Virus record (IMG/VR): IMGVR_UViG_3300034105_002625
Coordinates: 25,437-89,436 of that record
Origin: a virus
Taxonomy: Duplodnaviria; Heunggongvirae; Uroviricota; Caudoviricetes
Reading direction: 5' to 3' (one strand)
Length of the DNA stretch: 64,000 nt
A program made the translations under genes and the position numbers. This document shows positions 1 through 8,955 of the stretch, in pieces. Under the pieces are notes generated by a model. The model made no database searches. It worked only from the letters and a program-made list of their open reading frames with translations, and was not told where the DNA came from. Position 1 is the first letter of the stretch, and every line of letters begins with the position of its first letter.

Positions 1-41
1 CAAACAACTCCGGTACAAGCAGCACCAGCTCAAAAAGAATC

Positions 42-755
42 ATGGTAAAAAAAATACTATTCATATTATTTCTACTAGCAAGTATAATAGGCTCTGCTCA
101 AAAAGTAGGGTCTGTTAAAACGGAGGTCTACCAAGCTGATTTTGAAAAGAAACAGTCATTAGCTGTAGTGTCTGATTATACAGGAGACATAGTGATACCT
201 ATTCAGATACTTAAGATTGGTATCAATGAGGAACTATATGAAATATACCCTGAACTAAAAGACAAAAGAGTTGGTTTAGGAGTTGCAAATATAGTACTAG
301 AATATTTAGAGTCAACTGATAGATTCAAATTTACAGAAGACAGAGAAGAAATAAAACAAAAAATGATAGCCCAGCACATAGCTTCTTCTAAGGGTATATC
401 AGAAAATAAAATAGTTGTAAAGGGAAATGTTATACTTGCAAAATATTTTGTTTACATAGAAGTATATGATTTCAGTATTGGAGAGGATGAAGAAGTTACA
501 ACCTCAGGAGCTGAAATAAGACAAAAAACAATATTAGGGTTACAAATAAGATTTGTGGATGCACAAACTGGTGAAATTATTACTGGATCAGGATCCGGTG
601 AAGCAGTTACAGTGAAGAAAGCAAGCCTATTAGACGGACTCGATGATATTAAATTTAACCAATCCACAATCGGAGTATCTACCAAAAAGTCATTAGAAAC
701 TGCCTCTTCAAGAGTAGTATCAAAATTGATTAAAAAGGGGATATTTCCGAACTAA
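42..755 (+). CDS. secreted protein of unknown function (Bacteroidetes-type N-terminal signal peptide)
   Basis: ORF 237 aa; N-terminus MVKKILFILFLLASIIGSAQ is a typical signal peptide; no recognisable catalytic motif. Confidence 0.4.
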   Translation: MVKKILFILFLLASIIGSAQKVGSVKTEVYQADFEKKQSLAVVSDYTGDIVIPIQILKIGINEELYEIYPELKDKRVGLGVANIVLEYLESTDRFKFTEDREEIKQKMIAQHIASSKGISENKIVVKGNVILAKYFVYIEVYDFSIGEDEEVTTSGAEIRQKTILGLQIRFVDAQTGEIITGSGSGEAVTVKKASLLDGLDDIKFNQSTIGVSTKKSLETASSRVVSKLIKKGIFPN

Positions 756-2182
756 TGAAAAAATGGATTTCTTTATTTACTTTATTATTAACTCTGACAT
801 CGTTAGCACAGTCAGGGTACAACTACAGTTTTACAGATCCATGTACTCTATCTGTAAGGAGCGTATTCGTTCCTACTGGTAGCGGAGTAGTAGTTAATTA
901 TTTTGACAACTACAGTACATTCTCTTCTACAGACTTCTCATCAGGAGTCTTCGATGCTTGGATAGCTCAAGTATCTCAACAAAACTCATCATCACCTTGT
1001 CAATCTGTAACAACTACAGTAACAAATAATGTAACATCAGCTGTAGTAGCAAATACAGTTGGCATAGTAACAAATGTTGTAGCAATATCATCACTAGCAC
1101 AATCTATGGCTAGTTTAAGTAGCTCAATAGGAAGCTCAATGTCAGCCACAGCAGGAGGTATCTCAAACATGGGAACTGGTAATGCAGTGGATAATAACCA
1201 AAGCAATTCAAATGGAAAATCAGATAACAAAAGCGGAGGAAGTACTGGAGGTACTCAAACAAACAACCAAAATGAAGGAAGCACTACCCCTAGTACAACA
1301 ACTGGAGGAAATACTAATCCAGCAGGAGGAACAAGTACAGGCCAAGGAGGAAACACTCCTAGTACAAATCAACCAACTCAAGGAGGAGAACAAACGTCTC
1401 AACCATCTGTAGAAGGAGGCTCTACATCAGGTGCTTCTGGTAGCACTGCTAACTCAATTTCTAACTCTATAGATGGAGGAGGAAGCGAAGGTGGAAGCTC
1501 ATCAGGAAGCGGATCACCAAGCTCTAAAAAACAAGCAGCAGCTAAAACATCTTCAGGAAGTCTAATTGCTTCAGGAGATATGGTTGCAATATCAAATGCT
1601 GATGGAGTAACAGCAAATCAATATAAGATAGTAGCAAGTATTACTCACGCTAATACTAGAGGTACAAGAATTAAAGGAGTACTATTCAACTTCACAACAG
1701 GAGTTAATAACGTAAATGTAACTTTATACAAATCATATATTAATAAATCAAGAAGTTTAAATACCATTGTAGCAAATTCAACTATGATGGATTTTGAAAA
1801 GAATATCTTCAATACTACAACTGCTTTAGAATCATACAAAGTAAATAAAACCTTAACAGGAATGTTTGGTTTGAATTTTACAGCAGGTAAAATGGGAGAA
1901 AGAGGTTTTTATAATTTATCAGCAGTAGGAGGAGGTCATGTTAGTGTAAAAGTAACTGAGAGAACTTCAACTAGCTTTTTGGTTTTAGCAATTTATTCAC
2001 CATTCACTCAATTTTATGATGGGAAATGGTTTGGAGCAGGAATATTATTCGTACCATTTAGTTCATGGGATTTTAAAATAACAAAGACGTTCAAATACAA
2101 TGTAAGTTTGACAGGAGTTTATGAGATGAATCAAAGTTTTCTTAACTATCAAATATTAACAGGAGGCAAAATATCATTCTAA
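755..2182 (+). CDS. secreted Ser/Thr/Gly/Asn-rich low-complexity protein with beta-rich C-terminal domain (possible adhesin/fibre-like)
   Basis: ORF 475 aa; signal peptide MKKWISLFTLLLTLTSLAQ; ~250 aa S/T/G/N low-complexity tract; start overlaps stop of upstream ORF (ATGA). Confidence 0.4.
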   Translation: MKKWISLFTLLLTLTSLAQSGYNYSFTDPCTLSVRSVFVPTGSGVVVNYFDNYSTFSSTDFSSGVFDAWIAQVSQQNSSSPCQSVTTTVTNNVTSAVVANTVGIVTNVVAISSLAQSMASLSSSIGSSMSATAGGISNMGTGNAVDNNQSNSNGKSDNKSGGSTGGTQTNNQNEGSTTPSTTTGGNTNPAGGTSTGQGGNTPSTNQPTQGGEQTSQPSVEGGSTSGASGSTANSISNSIDGGGSEGGSSSGSGSPSSKKQAAAKTSSGSLIASGDMVAISNADGVTANQYKIVASITHANTRGTRIKGVLFNFTTGVNNVNVTLYKSYINKSRSLNTIVANSTMMDFEKNIFNTTTALESYKVNKTLTGMFGLNFTAGKMGERGFYNLSAVGGGHVSVKVTERTSTSFLVLAIYSPFTQFYDGKWFGAGILFVPFSSWDFKITKTFKYNVSLTGVYEMNQSFLNYQILTGGKISF

Positions 2183-2184
2183 TC

Positions 2185-2637
2185 ATGAAAAAACTACTAT
2201 TACTACTACCGCTTTTATTCTTATTATCATCAGATACTCCTAAGGAGTGTTACAAAGTAACCAAAGTTACAACTCTAGTGGAAGCACCTGAGATGAAAAA
2301 AGAAAGAATCTTATTTGGAATTAAACAAATGACTGAAGAAGTATTATCTGAAAAAGTAGGACTATGTGAAGATGGACTTCCAGTTGAAGTTGAAGTAATG
2401 TCTATTGAAGCTCCAACCACATCTACTTCCTTTGGACCATTTGCAAAAGAGAAAAAAGAAACCATTGTAAAACTTAGAATCATAATTGGAAAGGATGATT
2501 ACTGGGGACAGGGTAAGGCAAACGTTACAGTTCAGTCTACATTCTTAGACCTAAATGACGATAATTTACCATTTAGTAAGACTGCATTCTCAGGAGCAGT
2601 TAAAAAAGCTTTAGTGGAAGCCGTTGGAGAAATGTAA
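2185..2637 (+). CDS. small secreted protein
   Basis: 150 aa ORF, signal peptide MKKLLLLLPLLFLLSS. Confidence 0.35.
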   Translation: MKKLLLLLPLLFLLSSDTPKECYKVTKVTTLVEAPEMKKERILFGIKQMTEEVLSEKVGLCEDGLPVEVEVMSIEAPTTSTSFGPFAKEKKETIVKLRIIIGKDDYWGQGKANVTVQSTFLDLNDDNLPFSKTAFSGAVKKALVEAVGEM

Positions 2638-2658
2638 AAAAGTTCGTATCTTTACGAT

Positions 2659-2862
2659 ATGAATAAGCACTCTTTCAAATTCAAAAATAAAATTTACGAA
2701 CTTACAGATCTCTGGGAAGAGACTTGTATAAATGACTCCAAGGACTTTCAAATGGAGCAGTTCAACTATTTGCTAAAGATAAAAGACTTTACTACGATGG
2801 AAAATAGGGTAAATAATCAAATAATGCTTGGATATTTAAAAGAAAGTTCGTATATTAAATAA
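2659..2862 (+). CDS. hypothetical protein (apparently leaderless; start codon abuts promoter box)
   Basis: 67 aa ORF; TTCGTATCTTTACGAT box ends at the ATG. Confidence 0.3.
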   Translation: MNKHSFKFKNKIYELTDLWEETCINDSKDFQMEQFNYLLKIKDFTTMENRVNNQIMLGYLKESSYIK

Positions 2863-3017
2863 TAATCAAAAATCAAATTTATGTCAAAGAATTCAGCAAA
2901 AAGAATTTATCAGTCGGTAATGGAATGGATCCCAACCTTAAATCGACCAAAAGAAGTAAAAGAGCAATCAGCAACTAAGTTTTCTAAAGCAGATCACTAC
3001 AAATCAAAAGGAGCATA

Positions 3018-3284
3018 ATGTCTAAGAAAGTTATTAAGTTTTTCGCCGATTGGTGTGGACCTTGTAAAGTCTATGCACCAACTTTTGAATCAGTAAAGCA
3101 AGAACTACAAAGCGATGAAATTGAATTTGTAGAAATCAATGTTGAGAATGATCCTGATAACTTAGCAGGAGAATACGGAGTAAGAGGAATTCCTCATACA
3201 GTAATTCTAGAAGAAGGAGCAGAAACAAGAGCTGCATCAGGAAGACTAGGAGAGGAAGAGTTAAAAGAATTTATTTTAAACTAA
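3018..3284 (+). CDS. thioredoxin
   Basis: 88 aa; canonical WCGPC active site (FADWCGPCK); RBS AAAGGAG upstream. Confidence 0.75.
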   Translation: MSKKVIKFFADWCGPCKVYAPTFESVKQELQSDEIEFVEINVENDPDNLAGEYGVRGIPHTVILEEGAETRAASGRLGEEELKEFILN

Positions 3285-3294
3285 AATTAAGAAA

Positions 3295-3606
3295 ATGTTA
3301 CGAAATCCAAACACAATACCAGCAGGTGATACAGTTATAGAAGATCCACAAATGGAACCTTTCTTTATTACTCATTCCTCATCAGGAGGATATACAGTTT
3401 ACGAAAGAGTAAATAGAGGGAAAGACGATAAAGCGTACCTACGAACTGTATGTTATCCATCTACATTTAATCATGCACTTAAAACTGTTTCAAAAGAGTT
3501 ACTAAACATAAATGGTAATAAACACTTTAGGACAATAAAAGAGTATATTGAAACTTGGAACTCTATCGAACAGAGTATGAAGACAATGACTACAATAGAC
3601 GCATAA
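3295..3606 (+). CDS. hypothetical protein
   Basis: 103 aa ORF in operon context. Confidence 0.3.
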   Translation: MLRNPNTIPAGDTVIEDPQMEPFFITHSSSGGYTVYERVNRGKDDKAYLRTVCYPSTFNHALKTVSKELLNINGNKHFRTIKEYIETWNSIEQSMKTMTTIDA

Positions 3607-3736
3607 AGATGGGAGAAGTTATAGGACACCTTTGCGGGACTTGTGGAGAAAATCATCCAAGTCTATTAACTCTACCTGCACTTTTAGTTGTATTCGGAGG
3701 ATATTATTCGTATATTAAGTGTAAAATAAAATCATT

Positions 3737-4078
3737 ATGGAAAAAAAATTAGTATTACATCAAGTAAAATTCTCACCTAGTTCAATCTTCAGTAAAGAAG
3801 ATGTATTGAGAATAGTTGACAGTGTCGACGAAAATCCAATCAAAGTTTATAAAATAGAAACAGTTATGACAGAAGATCCAGCAGAGAAATTAGTCTCTTT
3901 ATTTGAATACCTAGGCCGTGCTGCAGGTACTGAATTAGGAAAACAAGTTGCTACAGCAGCAACAAGGGCCCATGAAACAATGGACATTAGAATAGTGAAT
4001 ACAAAAACCTACAAAGGAAAGGTAATGCTTTACAGAGAGATATTCCTAGATGAATATTTTCAGAAAAAAAGAGCATAA
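3737..4078 (+). CDS. hypothetical protein
   Basis: 113 aa ORF. Confidence 0.3.
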   Translation: MEKKLVLHQVKFSPSSIFSKEDVLRIVDSVDENPIKVYKIETVMTEDPAEKLVSLFEYLGRAAGTELGKQVATAATRAHETMDIRIVNTKTYKGKVMLYREIFLDEYFQKKRA

Positions 4079-4132
4079 TAAAAGGGTTTGCCTATACCCT
4101 ATTAATACCTGGCACAAATTAAATTATAAATT

Positions 4133-4996
4133 ATGTCTAAAAAACATGTTGTAGTATCCTTAAGTGGAGGAATGGACTCAAGTACTTTATTACTTAGATG
4201 CCTAAAAGAGTATGACACAGTTACTGCTATTAGCTTTGACTATGGTCAAAAACACAGAGTAGAGCTAGAGAGAGCTCAATCATTGGTAAACTATATTGGA
4301 GAAGAATCATCATCACAGACTGAATTACGTTATCGTCAAATTAAACTAGACGGATTAGTTGATCTATTAGATTCAGCTTTAGTAACTGGGGGTAAAGATG
4401 TACCAGAAGGTCATTACGAGCAAGACAATATGAAAGAAACAGTTGTTCCTAACAGAAACAAGATGTTCGCTTCTATTGCTCAAGCAGTAGCTTTATCGGT
4501 TGCAAATCGTACAGGAGAGACTTGTGATATTGCAATGGGAATTCATGCAGGTGATCATGCTGTTTATCCAGACTGTAGACAAGAATTTAGAGATGCAGAT
4601 GATAATGCCTTCAGAATGGGTAACTGGGATGCTGAAAGAGTAGGTTATTTTACACCTTATCTTGATACAGACAAATTCGGTATCTTACAGGATGGAGAAG
4701 TTTTATGTAAAGAGTTGTATTTAGATTTTGATGAAGTTTATTCAAGAACTAATACTTCTTATAAACCAATATGGATACCAGGACCTGAAAGTAAATCAAG
4801 AGTAGAAGAAACTCACAGAACAAAATGGGGTGAATGGTACTCAGATTATAAATCAGCATCTTCAGTAGAACGTATCGAAGCATTTATCAAACTAGGAAGA
4901 AAAGATCCAGTTGCTTATGCAGACGAAACAGGACCAGTAACATGGGAAGTAGCAAGAGATGCAGTTCAAAAAGTATTAACAGAACATAATAATTAA
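4133..4996 (+). CDS. queC: QueC-like 7-cyano-7-deazaguanine (preQ0) synthase homolog, atypical (no C-terminal Zn-Cys cluster, ~60 aa C-terminal extension)
   Basis: PP-loop SLSGGMDSS near N-terminus; QueC-like YPDCRQEF and TPYLDTDK motifs; CxxCxxC zinc ribbon of canonical QueC not present. Confidence 0.7.
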   Translation: MSKKHVVVSLSGGMDSSTLLLRCLKEYDTVTAISFDYGQKHRVELERAQSLVNYIGEESSSQTELRYRQIKLDGLVDLLDSALVTGGKDVPEGHYEQDNMKETVVPNRNKMFASIAQAVALSVANRTGETCDIAMGIHAGDHAVYPDCRQEFRDADDNAFRMGNWDAERVGYFTPYLDTDKFGILQDGEVLCKELYLDFDEVYSRTNTSYKPIWIPGPESKSRVEETHRTKWGEWYSDYKSASSVERIEAFIKLGRKDPVAYADETGPVTWEVARDAVQKVLTEHNN

Positions 4997-5000
4997 GATC

Positions 5001-5450
5001 ATGAATGAAACGACAACAACCTTAAATGGTTATTCAGGAACAACAACAAGTAACCACTCGGGAATAACCACAGGCCTCTATACAGGTAACATAGGAATGG
5101 GAACCTGTAATCCCTCTGAAAGACTAACAGTATCGGGTAACCACTCTAATGGAATAGGAGCAATAGGTACAGCGGTAACACCGGGATTACAATTATCAGG
5201 AAATGCAACAATTATTTATTCAACAAATCAATTTCAAAATAACATGACACCAAAACAAGTAAACGTAGCAGTATTCACAATCACAAGAGATGAAGATACA
5301 AATGAAATCAATTCAACTAAATTCTTAAAAGAATTATGGATTGAACAAAAAAACGGAACATCAATTGATTTATTAGTTGCAAAACAATTAGGAAATGATT
5401 TTGATCCTGAACTTACTATTATTAAAACTCTTTCTATAGTAAATTTCTAG
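5001..5450 (+). CDS. hypothetical protein (Thr/Gly/Asn-rich N-terminus)
   Basis: 149 aa ORF. Confidence 0.3.
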   Translation: MNETTTTLNGYSGTTTSNHSGITTGLYTGNIGMGTCNPSERLTVSGNHSNGIGAIGTAVTPGLQLSGNATIIYSTNQFQNNMTPKQVNVAVFTITRDEDTNEINSTKFLKELWIEQKNGTSIDLLVAKQLGNDFDPELTIIKTLSIVNF

Positions 5451-5515
5451 TAAAAAAGTTGGAGAAGTAAATTAAAGTTCGTATATTTAAGTATTATTAA
5501 TAAAAGTAAATAAAA

Positions 5516-5677
5516 ATGAAAAAAGTATTTTTAACATTAGCCTTAGTGGCTTTAGTGGCAGTAAGTTGTAACAAGGTGACTCCGTCATCAAAATTAACAA
5601 CAGTAGATTCAACAGCAGTTCAAACTGATTCAGTATCAGTTGACACAGCTGCAGTAGATACTACAACTGTAAAATAA
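5516..5677 (+). CDS. small lipoprotein candidate (53 aa)
   Basis: ATG 5516, TAA 5675; MKKVFLTLALVALVAVSC lipobox-like signal; preceded by promoter box at 5478. Confidence 0.3.
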   Translation: MKKVFLTLALVALVAVSCNKVTPSSKLTTVDSTAVQTDSVSVDTAAVDTTTVK

Positions 5678-5887
5678 AACACCCCCCAGTAGATAGGTCC
5701 GCCAAGAAAGTCTTTAAACAACGTGGGAACTGCGGCTCTCCCAATGTGGCTGGAATGTTTTATAAAATACCAATGCTCGCTGTTAATTGATGATGGTGTT
5801 AAACGGATGAAAAAGGGTTTATAGTAATCTAGAGTACAAGCAAATCATCAATCAGAAACCCTGAAAGACCAAGGTTGGTAAAAAAAG

Positions 5888-5972
5888 AATAGGTTGGTGT
5901 CAACGGGAAAGTTCCTGCTAGGGTTAACATGGACGATAAGTCTGGATGAAGGTTCGAATCCTTCACCTATTC
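5888..5972 (+). tRNA. isolated class-II (long variable arm) tRNA-like gene, anticodon unresolved (possibly GCT/Ser-like), followed by genomically encoded CCA
   Basis: perfect 7-bp acceptor AATAGGT/ACCTATT; canonical T-arm GAAGG-TTCGAAT-CCTTC; variable-arm hairpin GGAC-GATAA-GTCT; 3' ...C-CA; anticodon stem is weak. Confidence 0.35.
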
Positions 5973-6017
5973 CAAATTTTAAGATTACCGTTCTTTGAAT
6001 TTAAAAAAAACAAAACT

Positions 6018-6299
6018 ATGGAACAAATTTTAGCATTTGTTTTAGGTGTTGGTGCAGTTGCCTTTGTATGGGCAGTTGTGGTAGCGTTTAAGACAACGAA
6101 AAAAGTAAAACAGATTGAATATTCAATCACAGGACATCGAGAATGGATTCAAAACAACGATGCAATGGTTAACAGAAGAATTGATCAAGAAATTGATCGA
6201 GTAGATCTAATCTACACAAATGTATTATCAACTATAGATTCTAGGTTAGATAAATTAGAAGCAAAGATTACAAAAGAAAAACAAGTACTAAAAGGATAA
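6018..6299 (+). CDS. small membrane/coiled-coil protein (start adjusted to internal ATG)
   Basis: ORF track 5946-6299 overlaps the tRNA-like 3' end; internal Met at 6018 (MEQILAFVLG...) begins a TM helix. Confidence 0.35.
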   Translation: MEQILAFVLGVGAVAFVWAVVVAFKTTKKVKQIEYSITGHREWIQNNDAMVNRRIDQEIDRVDLIYTNVLSTIDSRLDKLEAKITKEKQVLKG

Positions 6300-6361
6300 A
6301 TTAACGCAAAGAACGGTATTCTTTTTAAACAATATACCTATTTATAGGAAAATACATATCA

Positions 6362-6883
6362 ATGAAAAAATCACAACTAGTACAATTAATAAAAGAATCT
6401 TTAAATGAATCATCTAAAGATAGTATAGCTCAGAAAGAATTCAAAATGAATTACAGTCAACTGGGTGCAAAAGAAAAGGAATGGGTTGATGATGAAATCG
6501 ATAACATCGAATACAAAAAGAAAAAGAAAGTTCTTAAAGAAGAAAAATCAGTAGATCAATTAATGACTGATTTAGGAGATGCAATTCTTGCAGACAACAA
6601 TGCAGCAATGAAAATTGCTTTCAAGAATTTGAAAACAGGATTGATAGGAAGAATAAAAAATAAATTAGAAAAAAAATATACAAACGAGAACTACGAAGAA
6701 GTAGATGATAAGTATGATACAGGGGGATACGTTGAAGCAATGGGTCCTGAACTTGACAAACATATAAAAGCAATTGCAGGTATATTCCAGGAATGGGAGG
6801 AAGGTCCAGCAACTGAACCGGGAATGGTAGGATATGCTACGTACGATTTAATAGAGTACATCAAAAGAGCAATAAGAAGATAA
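6362..6883 (+). CDS. hypothetical protein
   Basis: 173 aa ORF. Confidence 0.35.
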   Translation: MKKSQLVQLIKESLNESSKDSIAQKEFKMNYSQLGAKEKEWVDDEIDNIEYKKKKKVLKEEKSVDQLMTDLGDAILADNNAAMKIAFKNLKTGLIGRIKNKLEKKYTNENYEEVDDKYDTGGYVEAMGPELDKHIKAIAGIFQEWEEGPATEPGMVGYATYDLIEYIKRAIRR

Positions 6884-7190
6884 AGCAAAAAAATAAATCA
6901 ACCATTAGTTGGTTCGGAAAGGAAAAGTTCATATATTTATATATAGAAAGCAATTAAAATGAAAGCACAACAAAACATACATCAATTAAATCGCACAGCA
7001 GAAAGAGCACTGATATTATCAGCCAGTTCGTTATGGAGTGATATTATATTTGAAGGAAGTGTTATTGGCTTTACGTATAATAATCAACCGAAACAAGGTG
7101 GTACCGAGGTATGATATAGAGATATAACATATAAATTCTAATAAGAAGCTCGGATCAAATAAAAAGATTCGAGTTTTTTTTTACAAAAGA

Positions 7191-7227
7191 GTTGCTAGAA
7201 AGAATAAAAGTTCGTATATTTAGGTAT
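7191..7227 (+). promoter_or_regulatory. promoter for the tRNA array (GTTGCTAG -33-like element + TTCGTATATTTAGGTAT box)
   Basis: TTG, then 20 nt, then TATATTTA fits the Bacteroidetes -33 TTTG / -7 TAnnTTTG architecture; 44 nt upstream of first tRNA. Confidence 0.55.
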
Positions 7228-7270
7228 AAGAAATAAGAATAAGAGTTCATTGACATATTGGATAAAATTT

Positions 7271-7354
7271 GGAAGGCGGCCGAATGGACGAGGAGCTTGT
7301 CTTGAAAACAAGTAGCGGGTAACACCGTTGTGGGTTCGATTCCCATGCCTTCCT
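7271..7354 (+). tRNA. tRNA-Ser (anticodon TGA), class II
   Basis: acceptor GGAAGGC/GCCTTCC; anticodon stem CTTGT/ACAAG with loop CTTGAAA; long variable arm; T-arm TGGGTTCGATTCCCA. Confidence 0.6.
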
Positions 7355-7360
7355 CAATAT

Positions 7361-7431
7361 TGCCCGTTCGTATAAAAGTAGTACACATGTCTTTGACACA
7401 TGCGGAGAAGGAGCGTTACCTTCATGGGCAA
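7361..7431 (+). tRNA. tRNA-Gln (anticodon TTG) with non-canonical T-loop AGCGTTA
   Basis: acceptor TGCCCGT/ATGGGCA (7 bp incl. G-U); anticodon stem CATGT/ACATG with loop CTTTGAC; T-arm GAAGG-AGCGTTA-CCTTC. Confidence 0.45.
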
Positions 7432-7443
7432 CAAATTAAATTT

Positions 7444-7514
7444 CTAGTAGCGAAGCTAGGTTACATGCCTCACTTGGACTGAGGAGTACGCAGGTTCGAA
7501 TCCTGCCTATTAGA
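7444..7514 (+). tRNA. tRNA-Pro (anticodon TGG)
   Basis: acceptor CTAGTAG/CTATTAG (one G-U); anticodon stem CCTCA/TGAGG with loop CTTGGAC; T-arm GCAGG-TTCGAAT-CCTGC. Confidence 0.55.
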
Positions 7515-7519
7515 CAATC

Positions 7520-7590
7520 GCCCTCTAGGCTTTAAAGTGAAGCACCTAGCTTTTAACTAGGGTAAGAAGGAGCATTACCTTCAGGGGGTA
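7520..7590 (+). tRNA. tRNA-Lys (anticodon TTT) with non-canonical T-loop AGCATTA
   Basis: acceptor GCCCTCT/AGGGGGT; anticodon stem CCTAG/CTAGG with loop CTTTTAA; T-arm GAAGG-AGCATTA-CCTTC. Confidence 0.45.
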
Positions 7591-7649
7591 CACGGATGAG
7601 ATTGTTACTAATTCATAGAACTGCATGGTGTGAGCGTAGAATTAGATTT

Positions 7650-7720
7650 GCCTCGTTGGCGTAATGGGAGCGTATTTCTTTTACATGGAAATGGCAGTGG
7701 TTCGATTCCACTACGAGGTA
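7650..7720 (+). tRNA. tRNA-Val (anticodon TAC)
   Basis: acceptor GCCTCGT/ACGAGGT; anticodon stem TTTCT/GGAAA with loop TTTACAT; T-arm AGTGG-TTCGATT-CCACT. Confidence 0.55.
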
Positions 7721-7921
7721 CTAAGTAAGTTAATATGCTGTGAAAGCTTCAATGAGCGCAAGTTGAAGTTAGGTGGGTTCGAGCCCCTCTACTGTAGTAA
7801 TAGCCTAAGTCGGAGGCAGCCAAGTAGCAGATAACATATTATAGCCGATTTGGGTTGTGCACCTCGTCCGAGAAGCCCTAATAGTTCCTAATAGTTCGGT
7901 ATGGAACAACTTACTTAAAAT

Positions 7922-7992
7922 GGGGACAACAGGCAAGGTGCCGAGCAGCTCTGTAAAAGCTCACTGGGTAGGTTCGATTCCTACTGGCCCCA
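7922..7992 (+). tRNA. tRNA-like gene, tentative anticodon GTA (Tyr) in a class-I (short variable arm) scaffold
   Basis: acceptor GGGGACA/TGGCCCC (one A:G mismatch); T-arm GTAGG-TTCGATT-CCTAC; 4-bp anticodon stem AGCT/AGCT with loop CTGTAAA. Confidence 0.3.
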
Positions 7993-8098
7993 CAAAGTCA
8001 TGGCATCAAATCCCGGTAGGGGTGCTGACTTAAAATAAACAACGATGGTGAAAATGGAGTCCTGCAGGCTAACCAGAAGTAACAACGAGGGGATAATT

Positions 8099-8171
8099 GG
8101 GGATTAAGCTAATCTAGTGAAAGCGCTAGCCTGAAGAGTTAGAGAGATCGGAGCGTAACCGATAGTCCCCA
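8099..8171 (+). tRNA. tRNA-Phe (anticodon GAA) with non-canonical T-loop AGCGTAA
   Basis: acceptor GGGGATT/AGTCCCC; anticodon stem CTAGC/GTTAG with loop CTGAAGA; T-arm ATCGG-AGCGTAA-CCGAT. Confidence 0.45.
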
Positions 8172-8178
8172 CAATATT

Positions 8179-8251
8179 GGTCTGAAGCTTAAGAGGTATA
8201 CAGCGGAGGTTTGTTAAACCTAGGATAGCAGGTTCGAGTCCTGTCAGACCA
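8179..8251 (+). tRNA. tRNA-like gene, anticodon unresolved
   Basis: perfect acceptor GGTCTGA/TCAGACC; T-arm CAGG-TTCGAGT-CCTG; anticodon arm does not fold canonically by eye. Confidence 0.3.
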
Positions 8252-8478
8252 GCAAAACTACTGAAATTGAATGACACGAGCTTCATACGTTCGAAAGGAG
8301 TCATGCAGTAGTTTAAAATGTTCGTATAGATGTGCTGTGGATACGCAGGGAACACATCGAGTGGGTTAATGATGGTAGTAGGTACACAACACTCCTTAAT
8401 ACTAGGATTGGAGCGAAGGGTTGATGCATACTGCAGGTAATTAACAAGACTGGTTCGATTCCAGTTACGGGCGCAATT

Positions 8479-8550
8479 TCTCCTATAGTAGAATGGTTAG
8501 CACACATCTCTGATAAGGATGAAATGGAAGTTCAATTCTTCCTAGGAGTA
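8479..8550 (+). tRNA. tRNA-Ile (anticodon GAT)
   Basis: acceptor TCTCCTA/TAGGAGT (1:72 mismatch); anticodon stem CATCT/GGATG with loop CTGATAA; T-arm GGAAG-TTCAATT-CTTCC. Confidence 0.5.
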
Positions 8551-8662
8551 CAAAAGTTACCACGCTTGTTCCGTCAGTGGTTGTAAAGTCGAATCAATAA
8601 ACGGAACCCCAAATGGAGGTCTTGCCTTAGTAGACTAAAGATTCTAAACGACAACTTTAAAT

Positions 8663-8745
8663 GGAAAGTAAATCAACTAGGAGTTGAGACCGCTTGCTAA
8701 GCGTATCGTGCCTTCGGGCATGGGGTTCGATACCTCTACTTTCCT
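8663..8745 (+). tRNA. tRNA-Ser (anticodon GCT), class II
   Basis: perfect acceptor GGAAAGT/ACTTTCC; anticodon loop TTGCTAA on a short G-C stem; variable-arm hairpin GTGCC-TTCG-GGCAT; T-loop TTCGATA; 83 nt. Confidence 0.45.
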
Positions 8746-8955
8746 CTTTAAAAACCTGGTCCCTGTCCTCATAAAGTGTTTAAGGAACACAGGAGTTGAA
8801 TGTGCATTCGGGGCGGATAGTGGTGGGACACTGATAAATAAAATCTTAAGCACAAAGATAAGTTAACGGGTTCTTATCAACTACCGACTTGATCTAGGAT
8901 CGAAAATATCTCATAAGTATTTTCAGACAAGAGCGTAACTTGTAGTCGGTACAAA

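Noticed and set aside
42-2637. Host (bacterial) chromosomal genes at the left end of the window (signal-peptide proteins) implying a prophage junction
   Set aside because: No integrase, att-like repeat or tRNA junction is seen. The gene orientation, overlap style and AT content match the rest of the phage. Secreted fibre or adhesin-like proteins are common in phages. The possibility is retained only at low probability.
5690-5972. Possible tmRNA (tRNA-like 3' end with encoded CCA after a structured ORF-free region)
   Set aside because: The 5' acceptor partner lies only ~85 nt upstream. This gives a class-II tRNA-sized molecule, not a ~350-nt tmRNA. No tag-peptide reading frame ending in a resume codon or pseudoknot series was evident.
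7722-7800. tRNA with T-arm GTGGG-TTCGAGC-CCCTC
   Set aside because: Neither acceptor nor anticodon stems could be paired by eye. The adjacent hairpin CTTCAA-(10 nt)-TTGAAG is not tRNA-like. Left for covariance-model testing.
8390-8473. Additional tRNA ending with T-arm ACTGG-TTCGATT-CCAGT and acceptor TACGGGC
   Set aside because: No complementary 5' acceptor strand could be found within ~90 nt upstream. It is possibly a 3' tRNA fragment or pseudogene, so it was not listed as a feature.
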